This document shows positions 35,782 through 43,196 of a DNA stretch of 64,000 bases, one piece after another. A program made the position numbers and the translations under genes. Below the pieces are notes generated by a model that made no database searches, was not told where the DNA came from, and worked only from the letters and a program-made list of their open reading frames with translations. The stretch covers positions 24,904 through 88,903 of the forward strand of contig CAJTYR010000005.1 of NCBI GenBank assembly GCA_910584295.1, in the 5' to 3' direction. Each line of letters begins with the position of its first letter. Within the stretch, counting starts at the first letter, position 1. The DNA comes from an uncultured Christensenella sp. GTDB lineage: Bacteria > Bacillota > Clostridia > Christensenellales > UBA1242.

Positions 35782-36888
35782 ATGCAACAATCAATATTTG
35801 ATTTGTTGGGTAGCGAAGGCGAAAAATATAAGGCAAAAGAAAGCACAGATTGGAATTGGAGTTTCAAAGATTATCCACAAAGCAATGGACTGAAAGTGTT
35901 TAGTTGTTTTGCTTGTGGTGGTGGCAGCACAATGGGATATAAACTTGCAGGCTTTGATGTTATTGGCTGTTTGGAAATTGATAAACGCATGAATGAACTT
36001 TATGTGAAAAATCATAATCCTAAGCATAACTTTGTCATGGATATAAGAGATTTTAATAATATCCCAAACAATGAATTGCCACAAGAACTCTTTGAACTTG
36101 ACATCTTGGACGGAAGTCCACCTTGCACAACATTCTCTATGGCAGGCAAACGAGAAAAAACTTGGGGAAAGAAAAAGAAATTTCGTGAAGGACAAAAAGA
36201 ACAAACGCTTGATGATTTGGCTTTTGTCTTTATTGAAACAGTAAACAAACTACGCCCCAAGTTTGTTGTCATGGAAAATGTTGAAGGACTTACAAAAGGA
36301 AATGCTTGGAAATATGTGCAAGATATTTACACACACTTTCATAAAATTGGCTATGAAGTAAAACATTGGCTTTTGAAAGGCGAACACATGGGAATACCAC
36401 AGAAACGCCACAGAGTGTTCTTTGTTGCCACCAGACTTGATTTGGACCTAAATAAGCTCAATCTAACATTCAACTATAAACCAATACCTTTCGGCCAAAT
36501 AAAAGCCAAATATGGCTCAAATATGCCCTTATATGATACTTTGCAAAAACTTGTAGGCTATGCAAAATATGGTGATCGAAATTTAGAGAACGCTTGCTTC
36601 AAAACTCGTGGTAAGAGTTCTTTTTTCAATTACTGTTTTGTGTATGACGAACAAGTCGCCCCAACAATAACCGCCCACTGCAACAATATTCGGTGGGATA
36701 CAAAAACTTTTTTATCCAAACAAGACATCGTTTCAATTTCAACCTTTCCAAAAGACTATAACTTTTTAAGTGATAGTTTGGATCACATATCCTATGTTTG
36801 CGGAATGAGTGTCCCACCTGTCATGATAAAGCGTGTTGCTGAAAGAATTTATCTTTTTATGAGAGGTGAAAATGAGCGAGATAACTGA
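35782..36888 (+). CDS. DNA (cytosine-5)-methyltransferase with no adjacent restriction enzyme
   Basis: Motif I FSCFACGGGSTMGY, motif IV GSPPCTTFSMAG, motif VI MENVEGL, motif VIII QKRHRVFFV and motif X GMSVPPVM. Confidence 0.9.
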   Translation: MQQSIFDLLGSEGEKYKAKESTDWNWSFKDYPQSNGLKVFSCFACGGGSTMGYKLAGFDVIGCLEIDKRMNELYVKNHNPKHNFVMDIRDFNNIPNNELPQELFELDILDGSPPCTTFSMAGKREKTWGKKKKFREGQKEQTLDDLAFVFIETVNKLRPKFVVMENVEGLTKGNAWKYVQDIYTHFHKIGYEVKHWLLKGEHMGIPQKRHRVFFVATRLDLDLNKLNLTFNYKPIPFGQIKAKYGSNMPLYDTLQKLVGYAKYGDRNLENACFKTRGKSSFFNYCFVYDEQVAPTITAHCNNIRWDTKTFLSKQDIVSISTFPKDYNFLSDSLDHISYVCGMSVPPVMIKRVAERIYLFMRGENERDN

Positions 36889-37267
36889 AAAACGAAAATT
36901 TATACAAAAGTTAAAAGGAATAAAAGAAAATCTCTCTTACGACTATCATAAAAACTACTCAGAAATTTACAACGCTTGTGTTGCCATTGACAACAAATAT
37001 GGCGACATGTATATGTGCGATAAATTTCATGATTATGGATTTCTTGATGAAGATGACACGCAATATTGGCTTGAACAAAACAACAACGATCTTGACAGAT
37101 TGCGCTATTTTATTGGAGACACATATTCATCTGATATGTATAGGCTTAATGCTTATGGCAACTTGGAAAACATTGGAATCAGCGATTTTCAAGATTTGTG
37201 CGATGAACTTATTGATTTCATAAGAGATGATTTGAAAAGCTTAAAACGTGCAGAAAATGTGAGGTAA
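36872..37267 (+). CDS. Hypothetical protein
   Basis: 131 aa from ATG 36872 (the track uses GTG 36866). It overlaps the methyltransferase gene's end. No recognised motif. Confidence 0.5.
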   Translation: MSEITEKRKFIQKLKGIKENLSYDYHKNYSEIYNACVAIDNKYGDMYMCDKFHDYGFLDEDDTQYWLEQNNNDLDRLRYFIGDTYSSDMYRLNAYGNLENIGISDFQDLCDELIDFIRDDLKSLKRAENVR

Positions 37268-37269
37268 AA

Positions 37270-37947
37270 ATGGAAAACGACTTTGTAGAACAATATGACG
37301 AAAATCAGATTAAACAATTTTTTAAAGCTTGTGAAGGACACAAGTATGAATGCTATTATAAAATGATATTTGCTTACAGACTTTCAAGATTGGAACTTAT
37401 GAATATGAAGTGGAGTGACATTGACTTTGTAAAGAATACTATCACTATTCATCATATTTCACGAAATGGTGTAGATGATTATCATGCTTATTACACTCAT
37501 TTGAAAAGAAATGAAGAATTTGCACGCACTTATCCCCTTTTGCCACACATTAAAGACTTGCTGATAAATGAACAGCAAAAGCAATTACAAAACTCTCTAA
37601 GTAAAATGAATTACGATTACAGCAATAGAGATTATCTGTGTGTTAGAGAGAATGGCAAAATGATGAATGCCAGAACACTTAGCAGAAATATTAAATATAT
37701 CACGCGAGACCACAATCTTCCAGAATGTTTGATTACAGGAATTAAAGATAGTGCAAACGACTATCTTTTTATTCGCTCTGAAAATCCAAATCTTTTTAGA
37801 TGTTGGACAAGATTTGATTTCAATATTAGACGTCAAAACATTTATAAAGATTTTAATCTTCTCAGAAACCAAAAATTTCAAAAATTATTGAATAGCATGA
37901 TCGATCAATCATCATCAAGTCAGAGAAAGGAACAAAGTGAAATGTGA
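37270..37947 (+). CDS. Tyrosine-recombinase-like protein, apparently degenerate
   Basis: FAYRLSRLELMNMKWSDIDFVKNTITI aligns with the Arg-I box of the adjacent integrase (FYGFRRSELLGLKWKSIDFDKKIITV). I cannot find the HxxR...H...Y catalytic set further on. Confidence 0.5.
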   Translation: MENDFVEQYDENQIKQFFKACEGHKYECYYKMIFAYRLSRLELMNMKWSDIDFVKNTITIHHISRNGVDDYHAYYTHLKRNEEFARTYPLLPHIKDLLINEQQKQLQNSLSKMNYDYSNRDYLCVRENGKMMNARTLSRNIKYITRDHNLPECLITGIKDSANDYLFIRSENPNLFRCWTRFDFNIRRQNIYKDFNLLRNQKFQKLLNSMIDQSSSSQRKEQSEM

Positions 37948-37955
37948 GGTTAGAA

Positions 37956-38168
37956 ATGAACAGAATTCTCGAACTTTCGGCAGTCATGTTTAAAGAATAT
38001 CCAGACTGCGTAAATATCAAGCAATTGCAAGATATGCTTGGAATAAAACGAACAAAAACTTATGAATTACTAAAAAATGGTGAAATTAAAGCAAAAAAGA
38101 TAGGCAAAGACTACAAAATACCAAAGTATAATGTGCTTGCCTATCTTTTTAATGAGGAGCAATTATGA
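37956..38168 (+). CDS. xis: Excisionase-family HTH DNA-binding protein
   Basis: 70 aa. NIKQLQDMLGIKRTKTYELLKNGEIKAKKIGKDYKIPKYNVLAYL fits the HTH_17/excisionase pattern. It is directly coupled (ATGA) to the integrase gene. Confidence 0.65.
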   Translation: MNRILELSAVMFKEYPDCVNIKQLQDMLGIKRTKTYELLKNGEIKAKKIGKDYKIPKYNVLAYLFNEEQL

Positions 38169-39442
38169 CAGGTAAAACGGAAGTTATCAATGGCATTTAC
38201 TATTTGACAATATATTACAAAGACTCTCTCAATCGCCATAGAAGGACAAGAATTAAAACCGACTTGCCAGAGCGTGGGAACAAGAAAGCCGCTGAAAAGC
38301 TTTTAAAAGAAAAATTAGAAAATTTTGATATTGCAGAATATGAGAGTGTTTCAAGTGAAAGTATTGTTGACAAAAGCATTTTGTTTATTGATTATATTGA
38401 GCAATATGTTTTAAACAAGAAAAAAGAGCTAAGCCCTGCAGCATATTATTCCTACGATCAATGTGTAAAAGTCATGAAAGAATATTTTGGAAATAAATTA
38501 TTATTGAAAGATGTGACCTATCATCATATTGAAGATTTCTATGACTATCTTAAAAACGAACGCAAGAACACAAACACAACAATAAAACATTATGCAGTCA
38601 TTCTATCGCCAGCATTAAGAAAAGCATATAGAGATGACTTAATCCCCAAAAATCCATACGAATTTATGCCAAAACTTAAAAGAGAAAAACACAAAACAGA
38701 GTTTTATAACAAAGAGGAGTTAGAGACTCTTTTTTCTTTTACAGATAAAACGCGATTAGGACTCATTGTTCGAGTTGCTGCCTTTTATGGATTTAGGCGT
38801 AGTGAATTGTTGGGATTAAAATGGAAGTCTATTGATTTTGACAAGAAAATTATCACTGTTGAAAATAAAATATTAAGAATAAATGGACAACTTTATCAAT
38901 CAGAAAAACTAAAAACTGACGCAAGTTTAAGATCTCTGCCGCTTCTGCCTAAAATTGAAGAATTGCTATTAAAACGCAAAGAAGAAATTGAACACAACAA
39001 AAAAATATATGGAAAATCATATATCCACAATTTTGATGAATATGTTTTTGTTGATGATTATGGTGACATTATCTTTCCAGATTGGGTGACAAACAATTTT
39101 AGATTGCTATTAAAAAGGAACAAGTTAAAACACATTCGCTTTCACGACTTACGACATAGTTGTGCCAGCCTTTTGCTTGCAAATGATGTGCCAATGAAGA
39201 ATATTCAAGAATGGCTTGGCCATGCCAATTACAGCACGACGGCTGATGTATATTCTCACTTAGACTTTTCATCTAAAATCAGATCTGGTGACATTATTGG
39301 CGCACAGCTTTCAGAGTCTGCCTACAAAGCCGCTTTGAATAAGCAAGATTTGGAACTTGAAATAAAGCGATTAAATCGGTTGCTTGAAGAAAAACAAGCA
39401 CTTTTGGATAAGCAAAAAGCAAACGACAGCGGAATGGAATAA
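38165..39442 (+). CDS. int: Tyrosine site-specific integrase
   Basis: Arg-I FYGFRRSELLGLKW, box II IRFHDLRHSCASLL and LGHANYSTTADVYSHL (His and the catalytic Tyr). There is an N-terminal SAM-like/arm-binding region and a C-terminal coiled-coil tail. It is the last gene before attR. Confidence 0.9.
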   Translation: MTGKTEVINGIYYLTIYYKDSLNRHRRTRIKTDLPERGNKKAAEKLLKEKLENFDIAEYESVSSESIVDKSILFIDYIEQYVLNKKKELSPAAYYSYDQCVKVMKEYFGNKLLLKDVTYHHIEDFYDYLKNERKNTNTTIKHYAVILSPALRKAYRDDLIPKNPYEFMPKLKREKHKTEFYNKEELETLFSFTDKTRLGLIVRVAAFYGFRRSELLGLKWKSIDFDKKIITVENKILRINGQLYQSEKLKTDASLRSLPLLPKIEELLLKRKEEIEHNKKIYGKSYIHNFDEYVFVDDYGDIIFPDWVTNNFRLLLKRNKLKHIRFHDLRHSCASLLLANDVPMKNIQEWLGHANYSTTADVYSHLDFSSKIRSGDIIGAQLSESAYKAALNKQDLELEIKRLNRLLEEKQALLDKQKANDSGME

Positions 39443-39447
39443 GGTGA

Positions 39448-39557
39448 TTTTGCAAAAATTTTGCAAAAATGATACCATACGATACTATACAAAACTGTCC
39501 GATTTTAAACGGAATTAAGCCACTTTTTTGCAGAAATTCGTCACGAATTCGTCACAA
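39448..39557 (+). promoter_or_regulatory. Right-arm repeats: TTTTGCAAAAATTTTGCA plus three tandem 11-bp units containing AATTCGTCAC (putative arm-type sites)
   Basis: The 18-mer at 39448..39465 equals 1839..1856. AATTCGTCAC occurs at 39526..39535, 39537..39546 and 39548..39557, with a degenerate fourth copy AATTCGTTA near 39598. Confidence 0.6.
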
Positions 39558-39675
39558 ATTCGTCACAAAGCCCATTTTTGCCTGATTTTTCAGGAAAAAT
39601 TCGTTAAAAATGGCTATCAAAAATCGAACCCCCACACTGAAAAATTTTGCGATAAGGGGTTCGAGTGCGGGTTCG

Positions 39676-39715
39676 AGAGAAATAAAAAATGTAGCGATTG
39701 TGAAAATCGCTACAT
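39676..39715 (-). terminator. ICE-encoded Rho-independent terminator downstream of tRNA-Arg
   Basis: Perfect 11-bp stem ATGTAGCGATT-GTGAA-AATCGCTACAT (39689..39715). On the minus strand it is followed by TTTTTATTT, 26 nt past the tRNA 3' end. Confidence 0.6.
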
Positions 39716-39722
39716 GTCCCTA

Positions 39723-39738
39723 AAATAAAGGGATTTAG
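39723..39738. repeat. Right copy of the 16-nt inverted repeat (AAATAAAGGGATTTAG)
   Basis: Exact reverse complement of 1745..1760. It ends 2 nt from the tRNA CCA end. Confidence 0.8.
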
Positions 39739-39740
39739 AG

Positions 39741-39784
39741 TGGTGCTCCCGTCAGGATTTGAACCCGAGACCTTTGTTCCGAAG
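39741..39784 (-). repeat. attR core (3' half of the intact tRNA-Arg)
   Basis: Identical to 1629..1672. Confidence 0.9.
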
Positions 39785-39815
39785 ACAAATGTGATATCCA
39801 TTTCACTACGGGAGC
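39741..39815 (-). tRNA. tRNA-Arg: tRNA-Arg, anticodon TCG, CCA encoded
   Basis: The reverse complement folds by hand as GCTCCCG TA GTGA AATGGATA TCAC A TTTGT CTTCGGA ACAAA GGTC TCGGG TTCAAAT CCTGA CGGGAGC A CCA. All four stems are complementary, the T-loop is TTCAAAT, and the anticodon-loop positions 34-36 read TCG. Confidence 0.9.
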
Positions 39816-39837
39816 ATATTAAATTTTCAGAATTTTT

Positions 39838-39908
39838 GGAAAGGGAACTCTCAAACCCCCAAACAGTCTCTCCGAAGACCATTGTGCTATCCATTACACC
39901 ACGAGAGC
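39838..39908 (-). pseudogene. Degenerate tRNA-like sequence: good 5' half up to the anticodon loop, decayed 3' half
   Basis: The reverse complement GCTCTCG TG GTGT AATGGATA GCAC A ATGGT CTTCGGA parallels the tRNA-Arg 5' half, including the identical loop CTTCGGA. The following GAGACTGTTTGGGGGTTTGAGAGTTCCC cannot close the anticodon, T or acceptor stems. Confidence 0.6.
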
Positions 39909-40063
39909 ATTTTGCATGGCTTCATTTTAGCATTTTGCTTTCTCTATGTCAAATTGATAATAATTTATTATATAAATCAATTATATATTTGCAACAAAAG
40001 GGGTTGTTTGCTTGATTTTTTTGTGTTTTAAGTTTAAAATAAAGTTGATTAGGAGTTTTGTTT

Positions 40064-42064
40064 ATGAAAAAGAAAACCAAACCATTTCTTATTGCACTTA
40101 TTATATTGATGATAATCGGATATGCAGGTGGAGTTGCAATCGCATACTTTGCAGAATCTTTGCGAATTGTTGACGCGCTTCAAGCATGGAGCTACACATT
40201 GACAGGTGCTGGGCTTGGCGCAGTGCTTGCAATTGTATACGCTGTGATGTCAAAACCTAAAAAAGAAGAAAAAGCAAAGGATAAAGGAAAAACCGCTGCT
40301 GGAGACGAGATGAAGTTGTCATACGACTCAAAATGGCTTTACCCAAAAGATTTTGATAAGGAATTTGGGCTTATCTTGACAAACTGGGCAAGTTTACCTT
40401 CAGTGAAAAACACTGGTATTGTGTTTAGAAACACAGTTGAAGGTGGAAAATATCAAATTGCAATGAAAGATGAATATCATTGTTTGATCATCGGAACAAC
40501 CGCGTCTGGTAAGAGTTCGCTTTGTATCATCCCAACAATCAGAATCTTGGCTCACTCTGGCGAAAAGCCATGTATGGTGGTTTCTGACCCTAAAGGTGAA
40601 CTTTTCACAAAGACAAGCAAAATCTTGGAAGATGAAGGATATCGTGTCATCACCCTTGATCTTCGTGATCCATTTTCTTCTACAAGATGGAATCCAATGG
40701 AACACGCTTTTGATGTTTTCCACAAAGGAAAAAATTGCAAAAACACTGTTAAAAAATGCACAAATGGTTCAAAACCAAAAGACGCTGGATTCAAAGAAAT
40801 TCCTGGTGTGAAATATGGTGCAGAGTGGTATGGATTTGAGGGAGTTGCTTATCCAGATGAAGCTCAACTTAGAGTTGCAGTTTCAAGTGCAGAGCAAGTT
40901 TATGTTGACCTCGCACAAAACGAACTTAAAGAAGTCTGCAACACAGTTTCCCCTAAATCCAAGAACTCAAGCGACCCAACATGGGAAGAAGGTGCTCAAG
41001 ATTACCTTTATGGATGTGCACTTGCAATGCTCGAGGATAGTTTAAATCCAGAACTTGGAATGACAAGAGAAAGGTTCAACTTCTATAACCTTTATAAAAT
41101 TGCAACCTATCGTGACCCAGATGCAGACGCTCCATTTGAGACGGTTCGAAAATATCTTCTTGAAGGACGTGACGACGCAACATCAAATGTCCCTAACCTT
41201 ACATCAGCCGTAATCAACAATGCTCCAAACACCACAAAATCATACATCGGGGTTTTGAATGGAAAAATTTCATTTATGAACGACATTGGTATTTCTTATT
41301 TAACCTCGCAAAGCGACATTGACTTCGGCGATTTCACCAGCAAACCAACTGTTCTTTACCTCGTCATCCCTGATGATAGAGAAGAGAGACACAACCTTGC
41401 AATTCTTTGCATATCTCAACTTTACAAACGCTTGGTCGACACAGCAAATGCTTGCAAAGGTCAAAAATTGCCACAACACGTTTATTTCATTTTGGATGAG
41501 TTTGGTAATATGCCACCTATTCCTAAATTTGACAGCATGATCACAGTTTCTCGTGGAAGAAACATCCTTTATGAAATGGCTGTTCAATCATACACACAGC
41601 TTGAAACAAAATATGGTGCAGAGGCAGCAAAGACAATCATCGGAAACTGCAACGCTCAAATCTTCATTGGAACTGACGACCAACCAACTCTTGAAGCCTT
41701 TTCAAAGAAATGCGGTGATGTTCAGTTGACTCATGAAGAAACAAACACTTCTGTTTCAAAGAGTGAAAAAGACAAAGATGGGAAACAAACAAGCACCAGC
41801 ACACAACTTCAAAGGACTACCCGTCCTCTTATCACCCCATACGAACTTGGTCAAATTCCATTTGGAACTGTCGTTGTAAAACTTTTCAGATATAACCCAA
41901 TGAAGCTTCAACTTACTCGAAATGACCAAGTGCCAATGTTCTATGTGAAAGAAGCTCGTAAAGAAATTGGACAAATGAAGAGCCTTGATACTGCGTCAGT
42001 ATACTATGATATCAAAATGAGAAATAAAAAAATCTTAAAACAATCAAGTCCATTTAATTTTTAA
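40064..42064 (+). CDS. Second VirD4/TraG-like coupling protein (orphan paralogue outside the ICE)
   Basis: Two N-terminal TM helices, Walker A IIGTTASGKSSLCIIP and Walker B YFILDEFGNMP. Long collinear similarity to 18547..20715 (e.g. LEDSLNPELGMTRERFNFYNLYKIAT versus LEDSENPKLGMTKEKFNFYNIMKIAT). No other T4SS gene lies nearby. Confidence 0.85.
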   Translation: MKKKTKPFLIALIILMIIGYAGGVAIAYFAESLRIVDALQAWSYTLTGAGLGAVLAIVYAVMSKPKKEEKAKDKGKTAAGDEMKLSYDSKWLYPKDFDKEFGLILTNWASLPSVKNTGIVFRNTVEGGKYQIAMKDEYHCLIIGTTASGKSSLCIIPTIRILAHSGEKPCMVVSDPKGELFTKTSKILEDEGYRVITLDLRDPFSSTRWNPMEHAFDVFHKGKNCKNTVKKCTNGSKPKDAGFKEIPGVKYGAEWYGFEGVAYPDEAQLRVAVSSAEQVYVDLAQNELKEVCNTVSPKSKNSSDPTWEEGAQDYLYGCALAMLEDSLNPELGMTRERFNFYNLYKIATYRDPDADAPFETVRKYLLEGRDDATSNVPNLTSAVINNAPNTTKSYIGVLNGKISFMNDIGISYLTSQSDIDFGDFTSKPTVLYLVIPDDREERHNLAILCISQLYKRLVDTANACKGQKLPQHVYFILDEFGNMPPIPKFDSMITVSRGRNILYEMAVQSYTQLETKYGAEAAKTIIGNCNAQIFIGTDDQPTLEAFSKKCGDVQLTHEETNTSVSKSEKDKDGKQTSTSTQLQRTTRPLITPYELGQIPFGTVVVKLFRYNPMKLQLTRNDQVPMFYVKEARKEIGQMKSLDTASVYYDIKMRNKKILKQSSPFNF

Positions 42065-42070
42065 AAAAAG

Positions 42071-42100
42071 ATAAAGAGCCTTATGTGGGCTTTTTATTTT
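42071..42100 (+). terminator. Rho-independent terminator
   Basis: AAAGAGCC-loop-GGCTTTTT stem (one G-T pair) followed by a T-run. Confidence 0.5.
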
Positions 42101-42148
42101 TTTCATTTCTAAAATCACACAAGATTTGCGTTTTTCATAAAAGTATAT

Positions 42149-42610
42149 ATGGAAAATTTATATAATGATGAACTTATGCCTAACGATTTTGAGGAAATGG
42201 CAAAAGCATATTCGAAAAATCTCAAAAAGAAGGGCTTTGTGTTTATCCGCCTTGAAGAGGAAGAGTTTTCTCTTCTTGTTGACGAGGTTTTGGTTTTGCT
42301 TGCAAAAATGAAAGCATCGCTCATTCGTCTTAAAAATCGACTCAAATCGGATAAGTTGATGAATCGACTTGAGGGATTTGAAGAAAAACTTCTTCAAAAG
42401 TTTGAAAATAAAAAACCACACAACTTCAAATGTGTGGAAAATGAAAATCAAGCATTTTTGGGTCTTGTTTCAATTGAAAACATGCTTATAATCAAACTGC
42501 TCTCGCTTTCAGTCAAAAGTGGAGAGATTGAACTATGCAACGAAATTATCGTTGGCATCACAAGTGTGTTTGCTGAAAGTTTTGACACGCAAGGGTTTTG
42601 TGTGAACTAG
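42149..42610 (+). CDS. Hypothetical protein
   Basis: 153-aa ORF with a weak RBS and no recognised motif. Confidence 0.4.
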   Translation: MENLYNDELMPNDFEEMAKAYSKNLKKKGFVFIRLEEEEFSLLVDEVLVLLAKMKASLIRLKNRLKSDKLMNRLEGFEEKLLQKFENKKPHNFKCVENENQAFLGLVSIENMLIIKLLSLSVKSGEIELCNEIIVGITSVFAESFDTQGFCVN

Positions 42611-43152
42611 CTCACCAAAAACTCAGCAACTCTTGGGAGGCAATTTTCCATTGCAGCAACAAACTTTCTGTTTATGGCTGCCGAATATGCCTCTCCTTTT
42701 TTTGTGACATCAATCAAATTTTTTGGCTTAAGACCAAGTTCATCAACAATTCCTTCGCAAATGAGGTTGCTTATCACCACAATTGCGTTGTCTTTCGTCA
42801 AATTTTTTCTTACCATCGCCGCCTTCAGAATCTCCCTTGTATAAATGACTTCAGACACTGCAACATCCAAAAAGAATTGCAACTTTTCAATTGCAAACTC
42901 ATTTCCATTTGCGGCGGCAAGAATCTCCCATGACATATAATATTCATAATTTGGTTTAAAGTCATCAAAGCCTCTATTGAAAAAATAAGCAAGACAATCT
43001 TGAGCAATGCAGTCACCATCTATCGCCCTTGCAGCAACATCCAAGAAGGCATCATTAAATTCGCCATTGTCAGCACTGTCAATGATTTGTTTTCTATATT
43101 TCAAAAAGCCTTCATATGCCACTTTCTTTGGTGTAAAGTCTCTATAATCCAA
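42607..43152 (-). CDS. Hypothetical protein
   Basis: 181 aa with a TTG start preceded by AAGGAG at 7-nt spacing. No recognised motif. Confidence 0.5.
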   Translation of the reverse strand: MDYRDFTPKKVAYEGFLKYRKQIIDSADNGEFNDAFLDVAARAIDGDCIAQDCLAYFFNRGFDDFKPNYEYYMSWEILAAANGNEFAIEKLQFFLDVAVSEVIYTREILKAAMVRKNLTKDNAIVVISNLICEGIVDELGLKPKNLIDVTKKGEAYSAAINRKFVAAMENCLPRVAEFLVS

Positions 43153-43196
43153 AGCACAACTCCTTTACAATCAAATTATAGCACAAAAATTTTAAT

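Larger units (their letters stand above)
1629..39784. mobile_element. Integrative conjugative element (~38 kb) integrated in tRNA-Arg(TCG)
   Basis: Exact 44-nt direct repeats at 1629..1672 and 39741..39784. A tyrosine integrase and xis abut the intact tRNA. Relaxase, T4CP, VirB4-like ATPase, VirB2/VirB6-like membrane proteins, primase and regulators all lie between the repeats. Confidence 0.88.

Noticed and set aside
35337-35867. 176-aa minus-strand ORF; likewise 35791..36204 and 60909..61361
   Set aside because: They lie antisense to the primase, methyltransferase and K/E-rich genes, which have clear motifs or better context. Their sequences are Phe/Leu/Ser-rich, as expected for antisense reading of Lys/Glu-rich genes.
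39838-39908. A second functional tRNA next to tRNA-Arg
   Set aside because: Only the 5' half folds. The anticodon stem (ATGGT versus GAGAC), T-arm and acceptor 3' strand cannot pair, so I call it a degenerate remnant. A covariance-model scan should confirm this.
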